Positions 48,922-62,077 of a stretch of 64,000 bases of DNA are shown piece after piece. Below the pieces are notes generated by a model. That model was given only the letters and a program-made list of their open reading frames with translations. It was not told the DNA's origin and did no database searches. Both the position numbers and the translations under genes were made by a program. The stretch covers positions 37,673-101,672 of the forward strand of contig JBNGIO010005925.1 in assembly GCA_049999805.1 (NCBI GenBank). The letters are read 5' to 3'. The number at the start of each line of letters is the position of its first letter. Position 1 is the stretch's first letter. Source of the DNA: Folioceros fuciformis (Eukaryota).

Positions 48922-51174
48922 TTAGGCGAACATCCTTGCGTACGCTTGCCGTTCCTTGGCTTGCCGTTCCTGAATCTGCAATGGACAGTTTCAGGGTGTG
49001 AGACGGCTGATAAGCAACAGAAATTGCTCATGACCCCAAAGTGTACGAGTACGGTTACCTTCTTCTTGGCAGCACTTAGCTCACGTTTAATTTCCACTGA
49101 GATGGCGCGAGATAGAGGAGAGTTAAGGTTCTGACTTGCCCAAAAAGTGGAAGCATCATTCCAAATCCAGCGCACAGCACAGGTGTAGACCTACCGTGAT
49201 TCGGGACCAGCTGGGACGCTTTTGTTAGACTCTTGACTGCAGAATCCCAGTCCAGTAAAGCCATATGAGCCTGTACATAACAAGACAGAGAACAGTCATA
49301 TCCACAAACGTCGCGTGGTTGAGGAGTTCACACGAAACAGACATACCTGCCCTTGACGGAACAAAGCTTTCACATTATCCTCTCCACTGTGAAGGGCAAG
49401 CTCACAATCAGTAAGCGCACCCTGAGCGTCTCCTATTTTCAACTTGCAGGCCTATCATCAGCATCAGGACCTTGGGTTAGAGGAGCGAAGGAGCTCTTGA
49501 TTACCAAAAGATCAGGTATTGATAATCATTTCGCTAAATAAATGAGAAGTCATCCACAACAAGGAGACCAGCTATAAGCTAGAAATAATTAGACTACGTA
49601 CTGCACTGTTGGTGAGGACGGTCGCCTTTATTTTCCTGAACATGTTGCTCTTTTCTGTCCACACAAGAGAACAAACAGTCAGAAATTGGTCCAGGAGATA
49701 CTTTGCACTTTCTCCCATACAATGTGGAAGTAAAAGACGCTATAACCAACGTTTTGAAACAATGATCACCACCTAGAGCAAACAATTTGTTAACCTACAG
49801 CAAACGGGAATCGACAACAATCTTTTGGCAAAACACTTCCGCTAAGGCAACTAAAAGCACACAGCAAATCTCAAAGAATCACACAAGAGTAACTCGAGAT
49901 GACAGACCTTCGTCGACCTCCTCCTTCTCCCAGCAAACATCGAGGTACCGCAAAGCTTTTCGGTATTTGCGGATGGCCATCTTGTAGTCCCCTTTCTGAC
50001 ATAAAGGAAGCCAATGTCAGCAGAAATTGGAGTGTAAGCAGAGGTTCGTCAAGGACAAAAGGCAACTGAGGTGTCCAAAAGTGAGGAGTACCTTAAAATA
50101 CTCATTTCCAAAAGTCTTCGCCGATTCAACAGCAGCTATCCACCAAGCAGTAAGAGGGGGCTGCTCATCTAGGTCCTGCGGGTAATCTGGATACGTATCC
50201 CCGTCCTGGAAGAAACCTGCAACTCCATCATCCACACCCTCAGCTAGCTCTCCGCAACCAGCAATCAAAACATCCTTCAAAGGCCTATTAGTGTTCTCAT
50301 CAATCTTGGTGTGCTCAATACTCCGAACTACTCCCATGCCCTTCAACACCTTGCCAAACACCACATGTTTCCCATCTAGGTGCTGCGTGCGTGTAGTGGT
50401 GATAAAAAACTGTGAGCCGTTTGTGTTAGGTCCTGCGTTGGCCATCGACAGAATCCCTTTGCGCTCGTGTTTGAGTATGAAGTTCTCATCCTCGAACTTC
50501 GCCCCATAAATCGATTCGCCGCCTGTCCCGTCTCGTGCTGAAAAGTCCCCGCCTTGGATCATAAACCCCTTGATAACCCTGTGAAATGGAACGCCCTGCA
50601 ACACGATTCGCAACAAACGATTTGTCGGCTAGAACTGAGCTAGACCACCGCTTGGATAACAACTGACACTTAAATCCATCCAACTGCAAGTACAAACACA
50701 AATTAAACCCGCGGCCTTCGACAAGACTAGAAGGGAAGCCCAACGGGAGTCATCTCCTGTCCCGCCGGGAACACCGGTGCAACAACATGTACACTTCATA
50801 GGCGTCTTTCCCCAACCCTTCCCGAGGCAAGTGCTGAGCCGGACTGCTTTAGCTCAACGTTATGAAGCAGCGACGACAGGAAGCGCAACGAGAGCATATC
50901 CCCGACGCTCTCTGCACAAATTCTCCCAAACAAATGCAGCAAGAAAAACCGGAGGAACAAATTGCATGCTGCGCTGCAAATTTTGATGCGGTACCTTGAA
51001 GTGCAGAGGACAGCCAGTGATTTCCCCGACTCCTTTCTCGCCAGTGCATAAGGCACGAAAATTTTCAGCCGTCTTCGGCACAACGTCAGCAAAGAGCTCC
51101 ACCACAATGCGGCCCTCAAGTTCTTCGCCAATACTGATGTCAAAGAAACAACGCGGGTTGGAGGCAGCCGCCAT
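48922..51174 (-). CDS. CYP40: Cyclophilin 40 (PPIase plus TPR), SQUINT orthologue, multi-exon
   Basis: [63 protein letters not shown] exons ([22 protein letters not shown]), ends [10 protein letters not shown]. Confidence 0.95.
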
Positions 51175-52088
51175 CACCACGAGCTTGCCGCCGCGCCAAC
51201 CGTTCCACTCGCCGCACTAGCGCATGAAGCCCGCTCGCAGGAGGGCCTAGACTACCGGCCTGCCTGACTCTCTCAAGTATGTGAAGAAGCCGAAATATTC
51301 CTCCACTCCAGCAGAGCTGCAGAGCATTCGCAACCTCGGGACGCGCACCCTCGCCGCACTACTTTGCTTTGCTCTGCTCTACTCTGCCCGGCTCTGGGTC
51401 CTCGGCACTCCGCTTCTGCTGACAAGAATCCCGGACCGGTCTCACGCCTGCATCTCCAGCGCGCAGCCTCACAATCCTTCTGGCAGCTTCACGCTCCTTC
51501 CGCCACCATGGCGGACTGCAACGATGCCCCCTGTGCTATTCCCGCGCCCGACCTATAAATCCCCTTGCACCGTACAAGGCGCAGCGGGCCCGTCAGGCGA
51601 GCTAGACAGGTCAGAGTGCACCCGAGCGACCATTACGACTCGGCGCCCGGCCTACCCGTGCCAGCGTCGCCGCCGGCTGCGCTTTGTCTGACGGAAGACG
51701 GCAAGCTCGGCCGCTGTCCCTGGACAGGCGCGATCAGCCCACCCGCTCAACAACTTCCCTCCTTGCGCCAATGAAGGTTCTGGATCCCCGTGGGAAGCCC
51801 AAGGGTTGGCGCCGGAGAGTGGCGTGGAGGTATCTCCTGGCAGCTTTGGATAATATGCATCACCGACGTGGCCGTTTCAAATGCCATGTAAACACACTTC
51901 TCTCCGCTTGCTTTCTTAAATGGCCAAGAATCTGACAATCCTCTACAAAGGGGTGAAAATTTGTGCAGGTACCTAAAGATGGGATGAACCCAACGCATAA
52001 TTGCTGGTTGGGTACATTGTAGAACGAAACGCGTTTCAAAAATTGGTCTACGAGACCGTCGTTCACCGCATTTGTTAGATCTGATCAG

Positions 52089-54213
52089 TTAGCCCCCCAC
52101 TGTTTTTGAGAAGTGATCCTGTAGGTCCACAATGTCTGCCAGGACACCGGCAGCAGTGGTTTTATTTCCTGCGCCAGATCCTTGGATTACCAGGGGAGAA
52201 GGGCTGTAGCATTTGCTGTATATCTCAATCTGTATGCAAGCGTGTGTCAGGAAAGATGGACGACTGAGAACATTATCCGTGAGGAGGATTTGACACTTGA
52301 GGGTGTAACCGATAATGGTATACCAGATTGTTGCTGCCCGACAGACGACCGAGCGGGGAATCCTTTAGCACATCCACTAGGCCGGCTTTGCATCTGTCCC
52401 GATCCATGGCTTAGTGGTTAGCTGTAAACAAGCAAGCTGTGGGCTAGGGACAAGCCGGTGAGAAAATAACTCACTTCTTGTCTTCCACGGTGGCAACGTA
52501 TCTCAACACACAGCCTTTGGATGTGGCAGTGGCAACACGGGCTTGCATGGCTGCATCCAGGGAGGGGAGGCCTGTGTCCAGGAACTCGGTAATTGACAAG
52601 TGGGCTGGCCCCAGGTTGTCGGGGTACATGCTCTCCACCTGTTGAAGAATTGAATTGTGAGTAGATGGGAAAGAACCATTGTCCCCTCGTTTGGCCTCGT
52701 CCAGACAAGGCGTACCTCAACATCTGTCATTGTGATCCGCCAGCCCATGATGCGTGCCATGATAAGGGCCTGCAACCAGGTTACTGTCAAACTGCTTCTG
52801 TTTTCAGGTTCTCCACAGATCCTGGTATGAGATACCTAGTGATGATGCGTACCTTCCTTGCCACGTCCATACCACTGAGATCATCACGAGGATCTACAGA
52901 CACACATTCTCGGAAAGGGTTTTGTCATTGCTTTGAATCTTGACCCCGCACCAACATGTGCTTTTGCTGCTCTACTTCCACAGTTGGAGAGTACCTGGTT
53001 CTGTATATCCGAGAGCTTTGGCTGATTGCACGACATCACTAAAACGCCGCCCTTCCTGCAGGCCGCTCATAACATACCCCAGAGTACCTGCAACATGCAT
53101 GTTGAACAACATTCAAAGACTGCAGCTACTTACTCCTTGGCCTCTTGACATTGCTTATGTGAAGGCGCTTCAAACGAGCACATAATTACCACTGAGTGCG
53201 CCGATCACACGATAAACAGCATCACCAGCAGCAATAGCACGATTTAAGGACACAATCACAGGCAGTCCAGCACCAACCTGTTCATCCAAGCATGTTCCAC
53301 ACATCAGGTAAAAATCACAAAGGTTATGCAGACATGCAACTGACATGCGACTGCTCACAACCCTACAGTTGATTCGCATCGGAAGCGACTGCTCGCCGAG
53401 ACTTTGTCAAACAGTTCCTGCCGTCACCAGCATGTCATCAGCAGACAGATCACCATCACTCCGTTCAGCTGGATGAGACTTCGAGGGACACACAAACAAT
53501 GTCTCACCAGAGACCCTGTGATTGGCTTCTTATTTGCAAGAACCACACAGCAACCTCCACTGATTGCTTCAGCAAGCAAGTCCCCGGTTTCGTCACTTGC
53601 TGTGCAGTCAACAATAACTAAATCTGTGGCGACGGGCGTGGATTAGTAGCACAACCACGTGAGACACTTCCACAAAGCTGCACTCACATATTCTCACCAC
53701 CGGACAGAAATTCATCTCGTATCCTCTGCATCACCACCACCAGGTCGCTAGACTGCAACTCCAGGGACTCAATCCGTACCTCTCCTGCATCAACACCAAG
53801 GCACCTTAAGTCCTGCTAGTGGATGCCTGCAAGGGATGTCATCCCAATCCTGTGGGATCACATCTCACAGAATTGATACATAATTGTGTACCCGAGTCAA
53901 GAGGCAGGCCAGCTGCTTTGGCTAAAAGAATTCGATGAAGAGCACCATCGTCAATTCCCTTGTCTCGTCGACTCCAAACAGCAGAGCGACTGTCCATCAC
54001 TCCGACCACTGCCAAATGAAGACCCTGTTGAATTTCTCGGATCAGCAATAAATCTGATGCAACCCGCAAGGACAAGTGGCATGCTGAGCTGGTGCTGGAG
54101 ACATTGAGCACCTTTTTCAAGGCGTGCTCCTGTCTGGTTGCCAGTATGGCAAGAAGCAACTCCTGGCCAACACCACCACATCCCAAGAGCAATACCGGGA
54201 TCTTCGTCATCAT
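52089..54213 (-). CDS. Stand-alone homoserine dehydrogenase-like protein, multi-exon
   Basis: IPVLLLGCGGVG, VGAGLPVI, GTLGYVM, ALGYTEP|DPRDDLSGMDVARK, VIQGSGAG..TTAAGVLAD; no aspartokinase domain. Confidence 0.9.
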
Positions 54214-54546
54214 TGACGCCGGCTTTGCTGACTAGCAAACTTCGCCCAAAGACAGCCCCTCCCTCGTAAGCGTCTTCCCAGTCATGCAGCCATTCCTTAG
54301 GACTTGCCTTCCGCGTGATACCAGGCTCCACGACGGCTGGTTTGCCTTCGGCTACGGTAAGCCAGCCGTTCGAGTTCACGAAAGGATACCAACGCGAGGC
54401 TTACAGAGTGTACGGAGAAATGATCGACCTGCCCGAGCTACATGAGAATCGACGGTTGGAGACAAGTCGCCGGAAACTGGAATGAATGCACGACGCCCGC
54501 CCCACTTACACAATAGAGCACGTCTACAGAAAACGGGGTAGGTAAT

Positions 54547-55654
54547 TCAATCACGCGAAACTTGATCCTTAGATCCTCTCCTCAAGTTCGAAACATCATT
54601 CGTTCCTGACCTTAAGTGGGAAACATATTGCCTCAAGCTAGACTTAGATGGAATGAGTTTCTGTGAAGACGCTTGAAGGAGTTTTTGCTGCTGCTTTTGG
54701 AACTTCTTCATTGCAGACCATCGTCCACCCCGCCAACCAAGCCCATACCTGGCAGGACGAAGGAATTATGAGGCAATCCCAACACACAGAAATTGCGAGA
54801 AGATGAGCCTTCCGATCCAAATGGAAGATGCCAGTTTATCTTGACATACCCTATCACCAGCGTCGTTCCAGCAGTTGCCGCACACGCCGTATAGCTCACT
54901 CCTGTGTACGTCAATGCTTGCACCTGTGCCTCCTCCAAGTGATGAACCGTTGCCATCTGCCAGCACCATCAGCATCAGTGCCAAGGAGGTAAAAAGATTC
55001 AGGTAAACCTCCCGGGATGCTTTCTACGAATGCGAGACTTGAAGAGAAGAGAAGAGAAGAGGCCTTACAACTTGCTCAATGGAATTTAGGCGATCCTCCA
55101 CCTTCTTTTGGTGAACCTGACGGGCGGTGTATCCTGCACATTAGGGCAGCAACGGCCATTCAGGTAACCAAATAAACAAGACAGGTAGCTAGGTGCAGAT
55201 GAAAAACACCGTCGACTTCAAGGGGAAGACCACGGATACAAGACAGGCAAGCTCCTCACCAGCCCATGCTGCCCCAGCTGACGCTAAGGATGCGCTGATA
55301 GTAAAAGCCACACTGTTTTTCTCGAAGACGGCCTGTTCCACCAGCAATTCACCATCAGCATAGCCTGGCGCTGCTTAGATGGCGTGCCCCTAACCATGAG
55401 CATCACATCAACAGCTAACCAGATCTGGAAGCAGCAAGCAGTAGAGTGAATTCAGCCGCTATCCCGGGAACGAAAGTGGTGGCAATTTGACAAGACAAGC
55501 ATCCCACCTTGACGGCAGTGTACGTATCCAAAAAGGAAGTCTTGGCGACGACATAGCGTGCCACCAGCCTGTCCTTGACTGCTTGCATCGCCCCCGTGCC
55601 TCCAGCGCTTGCAATCTTCCTTCTTAGCTCACTCACCAGGATTGCACGCGGCAT
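54547..55654 (-). CDS. Conserved uncharacterised plant membrane protein, about 5 exons
   Basis: Exons join in frame: ASLASAGAAWAG|YTARQVHQKKVEDRLNSIEQV|M...ACAATAGTTLVIG|YGLGWRGGRW..KKFQKQQ; resembles a land-plant family of unknown function (recalled). Confidence 0.7.
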
Positions 55655-57049
55655 CCTTGCTCAACATATGCCCCAAAATTTGACCTCTGCAAGACCGCGA
55701 TGGCCGTAGCGATTCCACATTCGAGACCATTCCGCATGCCCGCACGCTACATTTTTACATGCTGCCTTCATTCTTTTGCTGGCTGCCCACTGTCATCCTT
55801 TAGGGCAACCTGGGTGCGAATAACCATAGGATTGTATAATAACATTTTTTCCCTTTTGATGTTATTTTTTATTATTATATAATTCCTTTTCTTCGGTTTG
55901 ATTTCTTTGGTTGCTGATTTATTTGTAGTCAAAGTGATAAAAAAAATATAGACTGTATAATTATCTAGACTGACCCAAGACTTTATTAGAAAACAAGAAG
56001 AAAATAAAATTGACTCAAGGCCAATATCTATATATATATATAAAGCTATATATTATGATCTAGGAGTCAAAAGGGTCTACCTACCATTAAAATCATTAAA
56101 GTATTCCCCACATTTGCTTGTCATTCTATGAATTAAATTTGTCAATACCCATTGAAGGGCATTGGGTAAAGGATGTCTAGAGGCCTCTATCCCTTGGCTA
56201 GTATGGGATAGAGGGAGACCAACTCCGTTCTTCCTATTATGGTAAGCTTAGAGCTCCCAACTTTGCATGGGGAGTGTCGAACCTTAAGCCATCCCAATAT
56301 GTCAAATGGGGCCAAACAAAAATCCCTTAGCATCATGAGAGTGACCACAATTTGTTTTCTAAGGCTGTGAAGAGCTTTAGGGTCAAAGGGTTTAGACTTG
56401 AGCCATGGTTGTCAAGAGGAGGCAATGCTAATACTAATGTGCTCCTTAAAGACTAATTTTGAGGAACCTGAGGCGCATATGCTATTTGTGTTAGACGTTT
56501 TACCTCCCCACCTTTGAGAAGTAAGTTTTGGCCTAGTGAGGGCACTATGAAGCATTTTGGGAACTGAGTGCCAAGTACAAGGATGAGAGGCTTTATGGGG
56601 TTCCTTGGTATTCCTAGTGTATTGATAACCCTAATACTGTCCAAAAGTTTGCTAACATGGGTGAATCCTTTTCACTTCTCCTCTAATCCTAGCTTGAAAT
56701 TCCCCAATAGATTTTTTTCATGTGATGGGGCCATGCCTTTTGTTTCATGTTTCAGACCCCTTGTATTCATCTTTCGAGGTGCAAGTGGTTGTGGGGGTCC
56801 ATGTTTTTAGGGCTTAGGGTTTCTTTGGTGGAGAGTAAGCAGTCGTCTTAATAAATTTGTCTTTTGGAGCATCCTTTAACTACATAAAGTTACCATGTCT
56901 CGTTTCTAGGGACGAGGAGCCTTCTAAGTTTCTAGTAACAACGTTTGGTCATAAGATCGCTTGGAACCTTCCTAAGTTTCTGGTATCAACTTTTGGCCGT
57001 AAGGTAAGTTTGCTTAGATGGAGCTATGCCCTCCATTCCAAAAGGAGGC

Positions 57050-57312
57050 AAGCCCACTTTATGTCCCAAACTATCATCTTTGAGAGCAAGCTAAAGTAGA
57101 GACATGCCTTATCTTGAGAAGAGCCCAATTTATGTCCCAGACTATTGTAAAAGTCTGGGACACTATCATCTTTGACAAGAAGCTCAAGTAGAGACATGTA
57201 TTATCCCAATTTATGTCCCAGACTATCATCTTTGACAAGAAGCTCATGTAGAGACATGTCTTATCCTAAGGGAAGAAGCTCAAGTAGAGACATGTCTTAT
57301 CCTGAGGGAAGC
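57050..57312. repeat. Nested ~60-bp tandem repeats with an internal perfect inverted repeat
   Basis: TTTATGTCCCAGACTATCATCTTTGACAAGAAGCTCAAGTAGAGACATG.TTATC, 3-4 copies. Confidence 0.85.
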
Positions 57313-57639
57313 TGATCAGCCTTATGATCCGGGTAGGCATCCAGGTCCTCTTATATTTGGTTGGTTTATTAGTTGTTGGGCAACGGAAGCTCTTTCAATA
57401 TCAACTGAGTTGTGGCAAAGCTAAATATCTAGTAACGTATTCCACCATTGTTAGCACATGTCTTGATGAATTTCAAGCATCTATATTTTGACAGTAATGA
57501 GCCTCCGGATTACAGGCCAGAGGAGGCACTTTTTTCATGGGAGGTAATCCAACCAGGTAGTCATAAAAGTTAGGAGGGGCCTTTAAGATAGCACTTTGAT
57601 CCCAAATGCACAAGCAAGATAGGCCTGGGAGGGTCCATG

Positions 57640-57742
57640 TTTCTTCTCCCCCTATTTGGGTAGACCCTACATTGATTCTTCTCCCACTATTTGGGTAGAC
57701 CTTGCATTGTTTCCTTTCTCCCTATTTGGATAGACCCTGCAT
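57640..57742. repeat. ~35-bp tandem repeat (3 copies)
   Basis: TTCTC.CC.CTATTTGG.TAGACC.T.CAT repeated. Confidence 0.8.
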
Positions 57743-58134
57743 AGCAACAGCTTCGCATGGTAGTTTACAAGCAACATCAGAAACAAAAGCTAAATCTGCA
57801 AGGCTTGGTCCTTAGTGGCAACGTACATGACCATGACTGGCGCTTCGGGTTTCGTGCCTTCAATTACTTTGTAGTGACGAATAGCGCCAGGCATGCTGGG
57901 CATCCACGAAGGGGCAAGCTCTTCGGCTTCACACTAGCAAGCGACATCTTCTGTGGCAGGGAAGGTACCCCTTCCCTCTCTTAGAATAGAATATCCAAGG
58001 TGCTGTGGGAAGCTGCCAGATTAGAGATATTGGGATTACCAGTACAAGCTTTAAGAGGAACAAATTCAGTGCCTCCTCGGGGGTCGTTCCCAAATCTGGA
58101 GGGTGGGGGGTGGGGATGGGGTTTCCATCTATGT

Positions 58135-58234
58135 NNNNNNNNNNNNNNNNNNNNNNNNNNNNNNNNNNNNNNNNNNNNNNNNNNNNNNNNNNNNNNNNNN
58201 NNNNNNNNNNNNNNNNNNNNNNNNNNNNNNNNNN
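58135..58234. other. Assembly gap (100 N)
   Basis: N run. Confidence 0.99.
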
Positions 58235-58330
58235 CTCTTAAGTCAATTAGTTAGTTCGTTAGTTTGACGTTATCGTCGTCGTCCTCGTGCCTTGTCCTGT
58301 CGAGGGGTGGAGTTCTCTTAAGTCAATTAG

Positions 58331-61300
58331 TTAGTTCGTTAGTTTGACGTTATCGTCGTCGTCCTCGTGCCTTGTCCTGTCGAGGCTTTTAGGCAGAATT
58401 GGCTCGACGGTGAAGATGATTGGAACAACAACCAATAAACCGAGGAGGAAAAACACGATCTCATTGCCTGCCAAACGGACAAGGTACGCTTTGTCAGTGC
58501 CGGAGTATTCAATCGGCCCTAGTGTGTAGAGCAGAGCTTGCCAGAGGCTCAGCCACAAGACTTCACCTGGAAGAAAGTTGGAGTACCGGCTTTGAGCCCA
58601 AGCAAAACTGCGCAAAGACGAACACGCGACCTGTTAGACTGCAGAAGTCACGAAGACTGTGTGCCCTGGTATACATAGGCGTACGTGGGGAGGTAATGGG
58701 CGTAACGTACATGGCACCACCGGCCCCAGGGCCGACCGCTTTGAAGAGTGACACCACACTGACAGAGAGCCCGTTTGCGCGTCCTCTTTGGCTTGGTTTC
58801 TGCACAGAAATCGCAAATCCAAATCGGTTGAGTAGCAAACGAGGACTGTGGTGCTATTTCCTGAAATCTCTCTGGGGATGCGATGTAGCTAACCACGGCG
58901 TTGTTGATGAGAAGGAATGTTCCACCCATAGCAGCACCCTACGGAAGGGAGTAGAGTATGGTGAAGTCAGACAGACAGAACGTGCAGATGCTCTGATTTG
59001 AACGAGGAGCGTAAGCTCTTGTATGCCCGGAAGATGGGTGCTCACCGAAAGCATGTTTTTGATAACCGATAGTAATAGCACAGCCACCCACAATTGTGCC
59101 CCCGTCATACCTGCAATGGCAGGATAGGCTGCTAGCAGAGGCAAAGATAGGACCTGCATGGAGAACACAAATTAAATGCACATCTCGACGCGGAGATGAA
59201 GGAAGCAAATGCCATGGAGGCAGGTGGGCACGGATCGGCCGCCTACCAAGGATACTCGAGTTGTGGTTATGGCTCCGAGTCGTCTAGCCAGAGGAGGGAA
59301 CAGAAGGGGCTGAAAGACCATCAAAGAAGCACCTGCACCAGAACACCGGGGGAAAGAGAGAGGTTGTTCGTGAAACCAACAATTCTCTCACTCAAAAAGT
59401 CCCTGACCGCTTTCAGGTGTGAAGGTAGTTCACCTGTGGCAGCTAATACGTTGCCAACGTCGGATGTGGCGAAGCCCAGGCCCCCGGAGCCTCTGGGACT
59501 CACAGCCCACAATGAAAAGATCTGAGAAAGGCGAGGAAGGTGAGGTGAGGTGGTTCGCAAACAGGAGCCTGAGAAATGACACTAAGGGAGGCACGATAGT
59601 GAGCACACCTCGTTGTAGGCCATGTCGTGCATGGCCCACAGGCAGTAGATAGCGATGGCAGCTAACAAGGGCCAGTTGGAGGTGATAGATTTACTGGTTT
59701 CTTGTGATAAATCGACTTGAACTTTCTCCTCTGAACCCACACCTTCAACAAGTACTGACTCTTCCTCAACTTTCTCCTCATCAGTATCTTCAACAAGCAT
59801 ACACTCTTCCTCCTTGTGGATGTGAATGGTCTCCTGCAAAACGACGACCTCAGCCTCGAAAGAAGGAATTGAAGCCTGAGCTGTCCAACAAGAGACACTG
59901 CCAAACAGAAGCGTACCGGAAGGTTCAACGTGATGATGGCTCCCACGAAGGCGACGGCCGAAATGGTGAGGGATGGCAGCAGATACGGGAACCTGGTTGA
60001 TCATCCTGGTCATGTCAGCACTCTTCAGCACTTGGAGACATTGAAGTGAAGCCAAGGCAGGAGACCGACGTTACCTGTCAAACAATGAACCAGGCGGAAA
60101 CAAGGCCGGGTACTTGAGAGCTGGCTGCACAAAAGAACACCACACAACACCACAGAGAATTCTCCTCAGTCGATTCCCTCCCACATCGGGAAAAAAATGC
60201 TGTAACACTAACGGAATTATCCCACAAAAAATGGATTCATGTATTGAACCTGTGAGAGATAGCCTCCAACAGCAGGACCAATTATCATTGCCAAGCCCCA
60301 GGCCGTGGTAACCTGAAACCACCACAAAGCATGTATACGCCACAGGATATGAGCGTACAAGCATTGGGTGAAAGCAGCAAAAGTCGGGTAAGGGCACGAG
60401 TCAGTACACACAGTTGAGACGCCCACAGCTTGATGCTCGTCACTACAAATTTCGGAAACATAGGCCTACAAAACATGCAACTCCATGTGCGTGAGCAATG
60501 GGACTTGCGGCGGCCCAAGTGAGTATGGGCCTTGCCACGAGATTCAGAACAGAAAAATTCGATGGCCCAGAACACCTTGATCGGACCCAGGGAGCCATTG
60601 AAGAAGCCCAAAACAAGCCTGTTGATCAACGCCATCCAGAAATTGGTGCTCATGCCGAACACAAGGTTGAAGACCACTCTGAATCAAGAGCACCAGCAGG
60701 TGTCATCAAATGAAGCGGGGTCCACGCCTCCCCAGTCCCAGTGTACTTCACGAATGCACCGCACTGCAATGTGCTTACTCACACGGCGAACAGAGAAATC
60801 ACCATCACCGGCTTCCTACCATACGTGTCGGCGATCATCCCACACTGGATTGATGTGAGGAAGCGCCCAAACATGAACGCCGATCCTGCAGCATGCAGCG
60901 CAGCGTTAAAGTCACCGAAGAAAGCACCCTCTTTCCCGAGCTGCCAGAACTGACGTGTGCCTACCGATTAATCCCGCGTAGAATCCAATGTCCTCATCGC
61001 GCGCCGCAATCCTGAAGTCTCGCACCTGGCCCAAAAATTTGCAGTGTCGAGAGCGTGAGGAAAAGAATGCTTGGCACGGGAAATGCCAGGGGAACTGGAT
61101 AGAAATCAATGGAAATTCAACTGAATTGAATTGAATTGAATTGCAAGCCGCTGCAGCAAGCAGCAGCAAAAGCACAGACTTCACCATGAAGTAGATGAAG
61201 GGGTAGAGCGAGGCGGTGGGCATTGCTGCAGCCAGCACAAGGACAAGCACAAGCACAAACCAGATTGAGTGTCAATTTACGAAATTCAGGAGGTAGGCCA

Positions 61301-61520
61301 ACGGAGATCACAGCGGGGGCATGAGACTAGTCCCATGAGAGCTCATTCTCGTCTTACTGCTGCAGAGGACGACACAGCCGACGAAGAGGAGATTGGCGTA
61401 GGGCGGGGGCGCGCCATCCCGCGCCAGCAACGCTATCTTGCATCCTGGGCATTTGGGGTACGTTTTGGCCCGCCTCTCAGCCGGACTGTGCTTTAGCAGC
61501 GGCTCCTTCAGGTCCGCCAT
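58331..61520 (-). CDS. ZIFL: ZINC INDUCED FACILITATOR-like MFS transporter, many exons
   Basis: YPKCPGCK, SLYPFIYFM|VRDF.IA..EDIGFYAG, SAFMFGR.LTS..WG..ADTYGRKPV, TAWGL..IIGPAVGGYLSQ, QETIH.H, NWPL...I, IFSLWAVSPR..GGL, QRGRANGLS. Confidence 0.9.
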
Positions 61521-62077
61521 TGCCTGCCTCTTTCAGCTCAAGCTCCAGCGTCTCAAACGTCTCGAACGTCTCCCACCGTCTCGTGCTCTCACCCTCCACG
61601 ATTCCAGCCTCCTGTATCCCACACGGCCGGCGTTCCAGAAACCGTGCGGACCACGCAACGAAGTAAGCATCATACCAGTTGGCTCTAGGCCAAGGATCTC
61701 TCACTCTCTGACAGCTGCAGTTGACAGAGACGGGTCCCACAGAGCCAGCCACCACCTGACCCGGAAAGTGACACGACAAAACATTGGGTCAAGGCCATGC
61801 AAGGTCGTCAGGGTCTAAGTGAACCTACCACTACCGAATAACAGAGGAAAAAAAAATCATGCCGTGGGCTGAGCAGCTCCTTGCAGCATGTTTTGCTTGC
61901 AGTTGAATACATTAACGTTTTCATGGCTGTGCCCAATCGCCCCCCGGCCGCCTATGCTTCCTAAACTGCTCCCCGTTTATTGTTCTCATCCCAGCTCTCT
62001 GCTACTTACTCCCGTGCGGCAGCTTTCGTCGAAAATTTGCTGCAATACCAAAACCACCTATCCTCACAGCCGGCCAA

